Shown: positions 18,453 through 28,269, counted from the first letter of the stretch. The stretch: DNA of 64,000 nucleotides from an uncultured Chloroflexia bacterium (GCA_963825995.1 CAWGVH010000004.1:115242-179241); one strand, 5' to 3'. Notes: a model not told the origin generated them from the letters alone. Numbers and translations: made by a program.

Positions 18453-19529
18453 GTGCCGGCGCGGTCGAAGCTACGGAAGACGACGATCGTCGACATCGCC
18501 GCGGCCAGCGGTGTCTCCGTGGCCACGGTCTCACGGATCCTCAACGACAAGCCAGACGTCGCCGAGGAGACGCGCGAGCGGGTCCTGCGCGTGATGGACG
18601 AGATCGGGTTCGCACCGCAGAGCGCCTGGCGGCAGATCCGATCGGGCCGGACACGGCTGATCGCCATGCACGTCCCTCAGGAGTTCAACCCACCCGCCCA
18701 CCGGCTCATCATGGCGGCCGCGCTCGGCGTGGAGGACGCAGGCTACTCGATCAACATCATGACCAGGACGCTGACGGACGCGGAGCTCCTGGGCATCTTC
18801 CGGAGCCGGCAGGCGGACGGCATCATCCTCCTGGAGATCCTGACGGACGACCGCCGGGCGGAGCTCCTGCGGGATCACGGCTTCCCCTTCGTGATGATCG
18901 GGCGACGCGCGGACAATGCCGGCCTGAGCTTCGTCGACGTGGACATCGAGTACGGCATCGACGTCGCCATCGAGCAGCTCGTGGGGTCGGGCCACCGTCG
19001 CATCGGGTTCCTCACCCTCGATCCGGTCGCTCCGACGAGGACATACGGGTTCGCGACGTGGGCGCTGCAGGCCTATGAACGCGCCTGCGACCGGCTCGGC
19101 CTGGCCGTCCTGGCGCGGGTCGGTGGAGCGACGACGGAGGCGATGTCGCTCGTCGCCCAGCGGCTGTTCGAGGAGCATCCCGATGTCACAGCGATGGTGG
19201 CTCCGCAGGATCAGTCTGTGATCGGCGTGCTCAAGGCGGCTCAGGCGACCGGCAGGCGAATCCCCGATGATCTGTCGGTGATCGGCATGGTCAGTGAACT
19301 GATGAGCGAGATGGCGACGCCGCCGTTGACCACCATCAGCTTCCCGGCCGACGAGATGGGCACCGTCGCTGCAGGGATGCTCATCGACCGGATGGACCGC
19401 GGCCGGACGACACCGGAGCAGGTGCTCGTTCGCCCGGAGCTCACGGTCCGGGGCAGCACGGGGAGCTCGCGCGGCATGGGACGAGCCACTCGCCGTTCGG
19501 TCGGGACTCGTCAGGGCGACCGCAGCTAG
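18453..19529 (+). CDS. LacI-family transcriptional regulator
   Basis: GTG at 18453. TIVDIAAASGVSVATVSRILNDKPDV HTH, followed by a periplasmic-binding-fold effector domain. Confidence 0.85.
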   Translation: MPARSKLRKTTIVDIAAASGVSVATVSRILNDKPDVAEETRERVLRVMDEIGFAPQSAWRQIRSGRTRLIAMHVPQEFNPPAHRLIMAAALGVEDAGYSINIMTRTLTDAELLGIFRSRQADGIILLEILTDDRRAELLRDHGFPFVMIGRRADNAGLSFVDVDIEYGIDVAIEQLVGSGHRRIGFLTLDPVAPTRTYGFATWALQAYERACDRLGLAVLARVGGATTEAMSLVAQRLFEEHPDVTAMVAPQDQSVIGVLKAAQATGRRIPDDLSVIGMVSELMSEMATPPLTTISFPADEMGTVAAGMLIDRMDRGRTTPEQVLVRPELTVRGSTGSSRGMGRATRRSVGTRQGDRS

Positions 19530-19643
19530 TCGGTCGGTCGGCGTGCGGCCGGCCGTCCAGGTCCGGATCCACCGGTGCATCGGCTAGGGCGCAGGGGTCG
19601 CCACAGGAACGGCCGAGGTGCTTGACAGGCTCGCCTACACTTA

Positions 19644-19671
19644 TGGAACCGGTACCATGAGACCGGTTCCA
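19644..19671. promoter_or_regulatory. Perfect 10-bp inverted repeat TGGAACCGGT-N8-ACCGGTTCCA (candidate LacI operator pair); TTGACA at 19622-19627
   Basis: Arms at 19644-19653 and 19662-19671, 12 nt upstream of the LacI ATG at 19683. Each arm carries a CCGG-centred half-palindrome. Confidence 0.5.
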
Positions 19672-19682
19672 CGGGGTGCGAC

Positions 19683-20705
19683 ATGGCGAGGCACACCCTC
19701 CGGGACGTGGCGGATCAAGCGGGCGTGAGCAAGGCGACGGCCTCGCGCGTGCTCAACGGCAGCGCGCGCGTGGATCCGACGACACGCAGGCGCGTACTCG
19801 ACGCCATGGCGCGGTTGGAGTACACGCCCAGCGTCCTGGCTCGACGGCTCAGCCTCGGCCGGACCCTGACGATCAGTGTCGTCACGTCGTTCCTGACACG
19901 GCCGCAGGCGGCGGAACGGCTGCGCGGCGTCGAAGCGGTCCTCAGCGACAGCGAGTTCGATCTCGTGATCTATAACGTCGAGACGGTTGAGAAGCGCGAC
20001 CAGTACCTGAAGAGCCTCGCACTCGCGCAACGCTCGGATGGACTGCTCGTCATCTCGCTCCCGCCGCGCCCGGAGGACGTCGTCCGCCTGTCGTCCGCGG
20101 CGATCCCCGTCGTGGTCATCGACGCCCACGGCCCGGCGGTAGAGGCCTTGCCCCACGTGGTCGGCGACGACAGCACAGGCGGCGAACTCGCGACGAAGCA
20201 TCTGCTCGATCTCGGTCACCGTGACGTGGCCTTCCTGGGCGACCAATTCGAGAGCCCATTCGGGTTCACCTCCAGCCGACACCGATTCATGGGCTACGAG
20301 CGCGCGCTCGCGAGCAACGGCATCGCGCCGCGTACCGACATGGTCGCGCTCGGGGCCCACAGCCGTTACGAAGCACGCGAGTTGGCGGCACGAATGCTCG
20401 CGGCCGCCGAGCGTCCGACGGCCGTCTTCGCCGCCAGCGACACCCAGGCCCTGGGCGTCATCTCCGCGGCGCACGACGCGGGCATCCACGTCCCTGATGA
20501 CCTGTCGGTGATCGGCTACGACGACATCGAGATCGCCGACTACCTGGGGCTCACAACGGTCCGCCAGCACCTCTTCGAGTCCGGTCGTCTCGGCGCTGAG
20601 CTCCTGCTCTCGGAGATCCGTGCGCGCTCGGCGACGGCGCCCTCCATCGTCCTCGCTCCCGAGGTCGTGGTTCGCGCCACCACGACACCACCGAAGGAGG
20701 GCTGA
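19683..20705 (+). CDS. LacI-family transcriptional regulator
   Basis: TLRDVADQAGVSKATASRVLNGSARV HTH plus a sugar-binding domain. 340 aa. Confidence 0.9.
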   Translation: MARHTLRDVADQAGVSKATASRVLNGSARVDPTTRRRVLDAMARLEYTPSVLARRLSLGRTLTISVVTSFLTRPQAAERLRGVEAVLSDSEFDLVIYNVETVEKRDQYLKSLALAQRSDGLLVISLPPRPEDVVRLSSAAIPVVVIDAHGPAVEALPHVVGDDSTGGELATKHLLDLGHRDVAFLGDQFESPFGFTSSRHRFMGYERALASNGIAPRTDMVALGAHSRYEARELAARMLAAAERPTAVFAASDTQALGVISAAHDAGIHVPDDLSVIGYDDIEIADYLGLTTVRQHLFESGRLGAELLLSEIRARSATAPSIVLAPEVVVRATTTPPKEG

Positions 20706-20766
20706 GTTTGCGTTGACTGTCAGTGGCCCCTCTTCCCGGATCCGACAGCATGGAGGAGTTCACATC

Positions 20767-22107
20767 GTGTTCGACCACGGATTCCGACGAGTGCGTACCT
20801 TGGTGGCCGTGCTCGCTATCACGACGATCGCCGCCGGGGTCATCCCGATGCCGGTCGTGGCCCAAGACGAGACACCCAGCTGCGGGACCGAGCCGGTCGA
20901 GCTGCTGGCCTACTTCGAGACCGGCTTCCCTGTCGTCAAGGCGCTGGCCGACGAGTTCTCGAAGCAGTTCCCAAACGTCACGTGGAACATCCGCGAGGAC
21001 CAGTTCAGCAACCTCATCGCACAGACGCCGCGCCTGCTCACGAGTGACAACCCGCCCGACCTGATCCGGCTGCCTACGATGGTCGGCCTTGTCAAGGACG
21101 GCCTCCTCCTGAACCTGGAGCCCTACGTGGCAGCCTTCGGGTGGGACCAGTGGCCGGAGAGCCTGCTCATCCCGCATCGTGTCGCCGAGAGCGGCCGCCC
21201 TCGCGGGGAGGGTGACCTCTACGCTGGCGGCCTCAACTACTCCACGACCGGCGTCTTCTACAACAAGGAGCAGGCGGCGCAGATCGGCATGACCGAGCCG
21301 CCTGCCACGCTCGAGGAGTTCGAGGGTCTGCTCGCGGCGGCCAAGGACGCTGGCCTGCAGCCGATCATGCAGTGGAACGCTGCGGCGAGCGGCGGCGGCC
21401 TCGCCTTTCCGCTCCAGAACATCATGACGTCGCTCGGTCCCGTGACCCCCATCAACGAGTGGATCTACCAGAAGGAAGGGGCCACCATCGACACGCCGAC
21501 GAACGTCGAGGCCGCTCAGCACCTCCAGGAGTGGATCGAGGCGGGCTACTTCCCCGAGGACGTGAACGCCATCGAGTACACGGATTCGAACGCCCGGTTT
21601 GCCGGCGGCGAAGGCGTCTTCACGTTCAATGGCGACTGGCAGAACGCCCAGTACGACACGGATGCGCCCGGAAACATCGGCTTCTTCCTCTTCCCGCCGG
21701 CCGAGGCTGGCGGTGGGCGTGCCTCCATGTCGTCACCGCTGACGTACGGCATCGCGGCGACCGCGAAGCACGCCGACTGTGCTGCATCCTTCCTGAACTG
21801 GGTCGCCACCGACCCGACGGCTCGCCAGATCAACGTGGACGTCGGCGGCTCCAGCCCCGGCGGCCCGTCGGACCTGGCCATGCCACAGGTCGCTGAGGGC
21901 TCGGTCACCAACGAGACGCTGGCGGCCTCGCAGGTCGTGGCGGCGGAGAATGGGCTCATGGACTTCATCGCCAACGCGACCGGTGACATCTTCACCGGTC
22001 CCGGAGGATGGACACCCGAGCTCCAGAACCTCGTCGGTGGTCAGCAGACCCCGGAGGGCTTGCTCCAGACGCTGCAGGCCTCCTACGAAGAGGACCTCGC
22101 CCAGTGA
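20767..22107 (+). CDS. ABC transporter extracellular solute-binding protein (CUT1 sugar type)
   Basis: GTG at 20767 with a GGAGG RBS. Signal peptide RTLVAVLAITTIAAGVIPMPVVAQ. SBP family 1-like. Confidence 0.85.
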   Translation: MFDHGFRRVRTLVAVLAITTIAAGVIPMPVVAQDETPSCGTEPVELLAYFETGFPVVKALADEFSKQFPNVTWNIREDQFSNLIAQTPRLLTSDNPPDLIRLPTMVGLVKDGLLLNLEPYVAAFGWDQWPESLLIPHRVAESGRPRGEGDLYAGGLNYSTTGVFYNKEQAAQIGMTEPPATLEEFEGLLAAAKDAGLQPIMQWNAAASGGGLAFPLQNIMTSLGPVTPINEWIYQKEGATIDTPTNVEAAQHLQEWIEAGYFPEDVNAIEYTDSNARFAGGEGVFTFNGDWQNAQYDTDAPGNIGFFLFPPAEAGGGRASMSSPLTYGIAATAKHADCAASFLNWVATDPTARQINVDVGGSSPGGPSDLAMPQVAEGSVTNETLAASQVVAAENGLMDFIANATGDIFTGPGGWTPELQNLVGGQQTPEGLLQTLQASYEEDLAQ

Positions 22108-22128
22108 CCATCCCCGCCGGTCGGCGGC

Positions 22129-23085
22129 ATGAAGGCTGACGAGGCCTTCGCGCTCCCTGCCCGGCGGGCCGACACGGTCGCGTCGGTGACGCTGCGGACC
22201 TCGCGCTGGCGCGGGGTCCGCAGCAGTCGCTGGGCGGGTTGGCTCTTCGTCCTGCCCGCCCTCATCGTCTATGCCGCATTCGTGCTGCTGCCACTCGTGC
22301 TGACGGTCCAGTACTCGACGCTGCGCTGGAACGGCATCGGCGAGGCCACATTCATCGGCATCGACAACTACGTGAAGACTCTGACGGACCCAGACCTCGT
22401 CGGGGTCATCGCCAACGCCTTCAAGCTCATCGTCTTCTTCAGCGGAGTGCCCGTCGTCCTGGGCCTTCTCGTCGCCTCGCTCATCCGTCGCGTCGCCACG
22501 GGAGCGCTCGGCACGGCGTCACGGACGGTGCTCTTCCTGCCCCAGGTCATCCCGCTGATCGCCGCGGGCATCATGTGGACCTGGCTGCTCGCGAAGAACG
22601 GCCTCGTCAACCAGGTCCTGTCCGCCGTCGGCCTCGGAGGACTGACGCGCACCTGGCTTGCGGACTTCGGCCTGGCTCTCCCCGCGGTCGGCATCATCGG
22701 CGCCTGGGTACTCCTGGGCCTCTGCACGATCCTCCTGCTGACGGGCATGAGCAAGATCGACCAGGCCCTGTATGAATCGGCCCGCATCGACGGCGCCAGC
22801 GCCTGGCAGGAGTTCCGCTCCATCACGGTGCCGTCGCTGCGCTACGAGATCGGCGTCTGCATCACCATCACGGTCATCGCCTCCCTGTCAGCGTTCGACA
22901 TCGTCTACATCTCCACGCTTGGTGGCCCCGGCACCGCGACGACAGTCCCCGGCCTCGAGATCTACCGCCTCGCCTTCTATGCGCGCCAGGTGGGCCTGGC
23001 CTCCGCGCTCGCCGTCATCCTCGTCGTGCTCGTCCTCGTCGCGGTCCTGCCCATCCAACGACTCACGCGCGAAGAGCCGGCATGA
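22129..23085 (+). CDS. Sugar ABC transporter permease
   Basis: EAA loop KIDQALYESARIDGASAWQEFRSITVP and multiple TM helices. The exact start is uncertain. Confidence 0.85.
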   Translation: MKADEAFALPARRADTVASVTLRTSRWRGVRSSRWAGWLFVLPALIVYAAFVLLPLVLTVQYSTLRWNGIGEATFIGIDNYVKTLTDPDLVGVIANAFKLIVFFSGVPVVLGLLVASLIRRVATGALGTASRTVLFLPQVIPLIAAGIMWTWLLAKNGLVNQVLSAVGLGGLTRTWLADFGLALPAVGIIGAWVLLGLCTILLLTGMSKIDQALYESARIDGASAWQEFRSITVPSLRYEIGVCITITVIASLSAFDIVYISTLGGPGTATTVPGLEIYRLAFYARQVGLASALAVILVVLVLVAVLPIQRLTREEPA

Positions 23086-23906
23086 TCGTCAGCCGTACCG
23101 AGGCGTGGACGGGCAGGCTCCTGCTCATCGTCCTCATGCTCGTGACGATCGTGCCCTTCGTGAGCCTCTTCACCACGGCCATCCACCCTTCCGGAGCGGT
23201 GCCCCTGGGCATCGCCTGGCCGCCCGAGCCGCAGTGGGGCAACTTCCTCGAGGCCTTCGATCAGGCGCACATGAGTGCCCTGCTGTTCTCGAGCGTGCTC
23301 ATCGTGCTGGGCGTCGTGCCGGTGGCGGTCGTCTTCGCGACGATGGCCGGCTTCGCCATCGGCCATCTCCGTATCCCTGGGTCGCGACCGCTCTTCCTCC
23401 TCTTCCTGCTCGGACTGACGCTACCGCTCGCCGGCATCATCATCCCGCTCTACTACGTGATGCGCGAGCTGGGTCTCTACGACACCAAGCTCGCCATCAT
23501 CCTGCCGCTCATCGGGCTGTACATGCCGTTCGGCGTCTTCTGGATGCGCGCTCACTTCCTGGGCATGCCGCAGGAGCTCTCCGAGGCGGCCCGGGTAGAT
23601 GGCGCGTCCACGCTCGACCTCTTCTGGCGCATCCACGTGCCGCTCGCGAAGCCCGCCGTCGCATCGCTCGCGATCCTCTTCGCGGTCTGGACGTGGAACC
23701 AGTTCCTGCTCGCGCTCGTGCTCGTGGAGAACCCCACCGAGCGTACGATGGCGGGTGCGCTGGGCGCCTTCCAGGGGCAGTACGCCACCGACATCCCGCT
23801 GCTGGCGGCCGGCTCGCTGGTCATCCTCACGCCGACGCTCATCGTCTTCCTCATCTTCCAGCGCCAGTTCGTGGCGGCCCTGCTGCAGGGATCGCTGAAG
23901 GGCTGA
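23082..23906 (+). CDS. Sugar ABC transporter permease
   Basis: ATGA overlap with the upstream permease. EAA loop MPQELSEAARVDGASTLDLFWRIHVP. Confidence 0.9.
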   Translation: MIVSRTEAWTGRLLLIVLMLVTIVPFVSLFTTAIHPSGAVPLGIAWPPEPQWGNFLEAFDQAHMSALLFSSVLIVLGVVPVAVVFATMAGFAIGHLRIPGSRPLFLLFLLGLTLPLAGIIIPLYYVMRELGLYDTKLAIILPLIGLYMPFGVFWMRAHFLGMPQELSEAARVDGASTLDLFWRIHVPLAKPAVASLAILFAVWTWNQFLLALVLVENPTERTMAGALGAFQGQYATDIPLLAAGSLVILTPTLIVFLIFQRQFVAALLQGSLKG

Positions 23907-23917
23907 GGAGGCATGCC

Positions 23918-25109
23918 GTGATTCGTGACCTGGGCGCGAGGGGCAGCATCGAGGGCCAGGCCGACGACGGCTTCGGTCCGATGGTGGACGCGTTCGTGGC
24001 CAACTTCCGGGAGCACGGCGAAGTCGGTGCGGCCGTGACTGTGTACGCGCAGGGTCGCACCGTCGTCGACCTCTGGGGTGGCCTTGCCGATCCACGTACG
24101 GGACGAGCCTGGACGGCCACGACGCCGGCCGTCGTGTTCTCCTGCACCAAGGGCGTCCTCGCGATCTGCGCGTATCTCCTCAAGCAGGACGGCCGGCTGG
24201 ACCTCGACGCTCCGGTCGCGCGGTACTGGCCCGAGTTCGGCCAGCAGGGCAAAGACCAGATGCCCGTCAGATGGCTGCTCACCCACCGGGCCGGCCTCTC
24301 AGCACTCGACTGCTCATTCAGTCGTGACGGAAGTCCTGGCCTGGGATCCGGTCATCGCCGCCATCGAGGCCCAGGCCCCGCTCTGGACTCCTGGCACCGC
24401 CTACGCGTATCACCCCATCACGTTCGGTTGGCTCATCGGTGAGGTCATCCGGCGCATCAGCGGTGGATCTGTCGGAGTGTTCGTGCGCCGACGACTCGCT
24501 GAGCCGCTCCGGCTGCGCCTCTGGATCGGCCTTCCCCCCGCTGAACGGGACGGCGTCGCCTGGCTGCTCGCGCCCTTGCCCGACACGGACCCCGAGGCAG
24601 GCCGGGCGAACGCCGACGCGCTCGAGGACCCGGTAGTCGAACGTGGCCTCACGATGGGCGGCGCGTTCGCCTTCCCCGCGGACGGCGACCATGTGAGCTT
24701 CAACGACCCCGACATCCAGGCGGCCGAGATCCCCGGCGCCAACGGCATCGCCGACGCACGCTCACTGGCGCGGCTGTACGCTGCCTGCGTCTCGCCCATC
24801 GATGGACCTCGGTTGATGCCACCCGCATCAGTGGAGGACGCACTCGTCGAGCGCTCGAGCGGGCGACAGCGCTTCGGTGGACCCGACCGCGGGGAGCGCT
24901 GGGGTACCGGCTTCGCCATCGCGTCCCCGCCACACGCTCCCTTGCTCGGGCCAAGGAGCTTCGGCCACGGCGGCGCTGGCGGAGAGCTCGCATTCGCGGA
25001 TGATGAGCATGGCGTCGGGTTTGCCTACATCAACAACCAGATGGGCGGCATTCCCGACGACCGGGCTCGCCTGCTCGTCGAGGCCGTGAAGGGCTGCCTT
25101 CGTGTCTGA
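23918..25109 (+). pseudogene. Serine hydrolase / beta-lactamase-related esterase, reading frame broken near 24320
   Basis: GTG at 23918 with a GAGGAGG RBS. The S-x-x-K motif (FSCTKG) and LLTHRAGLSALD lie in one frame. EVLAWDPVIAAIEAQAPLWTPGTAYAYH...SFGHGGAGG continues in the +1 frame. Confidence 0.75.
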
Positions 25110-25141
25110 AGACACCGTCTGACCATCAGGGAGGGATACCC

Positions 25142-26587
25142 TTGCGCCTGGCGCCGCAGTTGCTCACGTACCCCGATTCACTCGGGGGAGACCTGGCCTC
25201 CATCCGCGCACTTCTCCATGGTCCGCTCGCGGGGCTGTTCGGGGGGATCCATGTCCTCCCGCCGTTCCCTTCGTCGGGCGATCGGGGGTTCGCCCCGGTG
25301 ACGTATCGAGAGATCGAGCCGCGCTTCGGAAGCTGGGACGACGTCCGCGGTCTGGCGGTGGGTCACGACGTACTCCTCGACCTGATGGTCAATCACATCT
25401 CTCGCCAGAGCGACGAGTTCCGCGACTTCCAGCAGCACGGCCGACGTTCCCGGTGGGCGGACCTGTTCATCACGCTCGACAAGGTGTGGCCGGACGGTCG
25501 GGCGCCTTCCGCCGATGTGGCCCGCATCTTCCTGCGCAAGCCTGACCACCCATTCTCGAGCATCGCCATCGCCGAGACCGGGGAGCAGGAGACCGTCTGG
25601 ACCTCGTTCGGGACATCCGACTGGTCGGAGCAGGTCGACCTCGACCTCAACGCGCCCGTGACCCGCCGACTCATCACGGACTGGCTGACGTTCTTCGCAG
25701 CGCAGGGCGTCCGCATCGTCCGCCTCGATGCGGTCGGCTACGTGGTCAAGAAGGCCGGCACCAGTTGCTTCATGGTCGAGCCCGAGATCTGGGAGGTCCT
25801 CGACTGGCTCATGGGCATCGCTGACAGGCTCGGGCTGACGGTGCTGCCGGAGGTCCACGACGTGTACGCCACTCACGAGAAGCTCGCCTCGCATGGCTAC
25901 TGGACGTATGACTTCGTCCTGCCCGGGCTCGTGCTCCACGCCTTCGAGACCGGTGATGTGCAGCGACTCGCCGACCATCTCGACCGATCCCCCGAGCGGC
26001 AGTTCACGACCCTCGATTGCCACGATGGCATCCCGGTCCGTCCTGACCTCGACGGGATCCTCGCTCCGGCGGACATGGCGCGCCTGGCTGACCTCGTCCT
26101 CGCGCGCGGCGGCAACGTCAACCGTATCCTCTCGGACTCCCAACCCAACGGCGTGGACGTCCACCAGCTCAACTGCACGTACTACTCGGCGCTGGGCGAG
26201 GATGATGACCGCTACGTGGCAGCCCGGGCCATCCAGCTCTTCGCGAAAGGGATCCCGCAGCTCTACTACGTGGGATTGCTGGCGGGTGCGAACGACCACG
26301 AGGCCGTCCAGCGGACCGGCGAGGGACGCGCCATCAACCGCCACGACTACACGATCGCGGAGCTCGAGTCGGCCCTGGAGCGCCCCGTGGTCCATCGCAT
26401 CCTCGGGCTCGTCCGGCTGCGGGCCACGAATGCCGCGTTCGCTGGTCACCTCACGGTCGAGACGCCAGATGCCTCGTCACTCCGGCTGGTCTGGTCGAGC
26501 GGCGAGGATGTCTGCGCGCTTGACGTTGACTTGACCGACGGCACGATCCGCGTTACGAGCGAAGATCGGGCCACAGCACCTTTGTAG
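25142..26587 (+). CDS. GH13_18 sucrose-phosphorylase-family glycoside phosphorylase
   Basis: TTG start. GGIHVLPPFPSSGDRGFAPVTY, DLMVNHIS, IVRLDAVGYV (nucleophile Asp) and LPEVHD (acid/base Glu). Confidence 0.85.
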   Translation: MRLAPQLLTYPDSLGGDLASIRALLHGPLAGLFGGIHVLPPFPSSGDRGFAPVTYREIEPRFGSWDDVRGLAVGHDVLLDLMVNHISRQSDEFRDFQQHGRRSRWADLFITLDKVWPDGRAPSADVARIFLRKPDHPFSSIAIAETGEQETVWTSFGTSDWSEQVDLDLNAPVTRRLITDWLTFFAAQGVRIVRLDAVGYVVKKAGTSCFMVEPEIWEVLDWLMGIADRLGLTVLPEVHDVYATHEKLASHGYWTYDFVLPGLVLHAFETGDVQRLADHLDRSPERQFTTLDCHDGIPVRPDLDGILAPADMARLADLVLARGGNVNRILSDSQPNGVDVHQLNCTYYSALGEDDDRYVAARAIQLFAKGIPQLYYVGLLAGANDHEAVQRTGEGRAINRHDYTIAELESALERPVVHRILGLVRLRATNAAFAGHLTVETPDASSLRLVWSSGEDVCALDVDLTDGTIRVTSEDRATAPL

Positions 26588-26692
26588 CTCCCAGCCTGCG
26601 AGCGATCGACCGGTGTAGCGCAGGCGCGCCGGCTCACCTGTCGCGCCTTCTGGCCGGCGGTCCCCCGCGGCGATAGATTCCCCCTGTGGGAC

Positions 26693-27484
26693 TTGGATGC
26701 GAAGAGGATCCTCTATGCCCCGCTGAAGGCCTTCCTGGAAGGCCAGGGCTACGAGGTGAAGTCCGAGGTGCGCGGTTGCGACGTCGTCGCCAAGCGTGCT
26801 GGAGAGCCGCCGCTGATCGTCGAGATGAAGACGAGTTTCACGCTGCACCTGGTCCTCCAGGGCATCGATCGGCTGGCGCTCTCGGATCACGTCTACCTGG
26901 CCGTTGGCGTGGCCAGCCGGCCAGCGCCGAACTCGCTCTGGCGACGCGAGCGCCGGGGCATCCTCAAGCTCTGCCGTCGCCTCGGCCTGGGCCTGCTGGC
27001 CGTTCACGAGGCGACCGGGGGCGACCTGCCGCTGGTCGAACCGCTGCTCGATCCGCTGCCCTATCGGCCGCGGCCGGACAGGAAGCGCCGGGGCCTGTTG
27101 CTGAAGGAGTTCGCCCATCGCGTCGGCGACCCCAACTCCGGTGGCGTGACCAGGCGGCCCATCGTCACCGTCTACCGCCAGGAGGCGCTGCGCTGCGCGG
27201 CACATCTGGGACAGAACGGAGCGACGAAGGCTGCCGAGGTGGCGCGCGCCACGGCCGTCCTCCAAGCCGCCAGGATCTTGCAGGACGACGTCTATGGCTG
27301 GTTCCAGCGGGTCGAGCGCGGGATCTATGTGCTCTCACCGAAAGGCGAAGCGGAGCTGGCGACCTTCGCCGATAGGTTCGGGAACCCGGGCAGGGCGGCG
27401 GCATCCGCCGACATCGAGGAGCGTCCCATCGGACGGGTAGGCGGCAGGCCGGCAGCCAGGGGGGATGACGCAGGCCCGACCTGA
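26693..27484 (+). CDS. DUF2161-like protein (predicted PD-(D/E)xK nuclease fold plus C-terminal winged helix)
   Basis: LYAPLKAFLEGQGYEVKSEVRGCDVVAKRAGEPPLIVEMKTSF has a D...E-x-K arrangement. The C-terminal GWFQRVERGIYVLSPKGEAEL is wHTH-like. Confidence 0.55.
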   Translation: MDAKRILYAPLKAFLEGQGYEVKSEVRGCDVVAKRAGEPPLIVEMKTSFTLHLVLQGIDRLALSDHVYLAVGVASRPAPNSLWRRERRGILKLCRRLGLGLLAVHEATGGDLPLVEPLLDPLPYRPRPDRKRRGLLLKEFAHRVGDPNSGGVTRRPIVTVYRQEALRCAAHLGQNGATKAAEVARATAVLQAARILQDDVYGWFQRVERGIYVLSPKGEAELATFADRFGNPGRAAASADIEERPIGRVGGRPAARGDDAGPT

Positions 27485-27589
27485 CAACTGATCGGGAGCC
27501 TGCCGCACATAACAGACATCCAGCCGACCGCAGGTGCCACTGGCGATCCTGTCTCGCTGGCGCCACCTGGCCGGCCGAGCAGGCAGCAC

Positions 27590-27994
27590 TCAGGGCGACC
27601 AACAGTGCAGGTCGACGTGCCGCGCCATGTGCTCGAAGTCGCGATCGGTCGAGAGCATGACGAGGCCGTGCCGGATACATAGCTGGGCGAGGAGCGCATC
27701 GATCGTCCCGACCTGGACGCCGCGGCGGCGGCACGTGTTGCGGAGATCGGCGGCCTCAACGTGGTCAGCACGGTCGGGCACGAGCAGTGGTAGCGATGCG
27801 AAGCGGTCGACGATCGCCTCGCGCGCCGCGGGTCCACGAAAGCCCTGCAGCAACTCCTGGAGCACCAGCCCTGTCGTGTAGAGCGATTCACCATCCAGAA
27901 GGGCCTCTCGTAGCCGCCTCACGGACGGCTCGTCGACGCTCACATCACGGCGGAGGGCCATCGACCAGACGCTCGTGTCGACGAAGAGGTTCAC
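27590..27994 (-). CDS. vapC: Type II toxin VapC (PIN-domain ribonuclease)
   Basis: MNLFVDTSVW...TGLVLQELLQG...VGTIDALLAQLC...MLSTDRDF carries the PIN acidic residues. It directly abuts the antitoxin stop. Confidence 0.85.
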   Translation of the reverse strand: MNLFVDTSVWSMALRRDVSVDEPSVRRLREALLDGESLYTTGLVLQELLQGFRGPAAREAIVDRFASLPLLVPDRADHVEAADLRNTCRRRGVQVGTIDALLAQLCIRHGLVMLSTDRDFEHMARHVDLHCWSP

Positions 27995-28192
27995 TCAGCG
28001 CATGCGCTCGGCTTTGTGGTCGAAGTCCGGATCCCAATCGAGGGCCCCAAAGAGTTCCACCAAGCGTTTCTGCTCGTGGCGGGCGACATATTCGCGCAGC
28101 GCTCGCGTGACCGCGGCCGTCTTGGTGCGCTCACCGCTCGCCTTGACGGCGCGCTCAAGCAGCCGGGGGTCGATCTCCAAGTTCGTGGCCAT
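27995..28192 (-). CDS. vapB: Type II antitoxin, VapB-like
   Basis: ATG at 28192 (MATNLEIDPRLLERAVKASGERTKTAAVTRALREYV), 65 aa, immediately upstream of vapC. The inverted repeat TGTGCGGA/TCCGCACA (28192-28221) spans the start. Confidence 0.75.
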   Translation of the reverse strand: MATNLEIDPRLLERAVKASGERTKTAAVTRALREYVARHEQKRLVELFGALDWDPDFDHKAERMR

Positions 28193-28269
28193 GTGCGGAT
28201 GTTCGCACAATCGTCCGCACAACGCCAGTCGTCGTCGCGCCCCGCTCGATCCATGGCCATGATCGCTAC

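Noticed and set aside
22772-24442. 556-aa plus-strand ORF
   Set aside because: The first two-thirds is an out-of-frame read-through of two permease genes (Arg/Pro/Ala-rich). Only the segment from GTG 23918 is the serine hydrolase.
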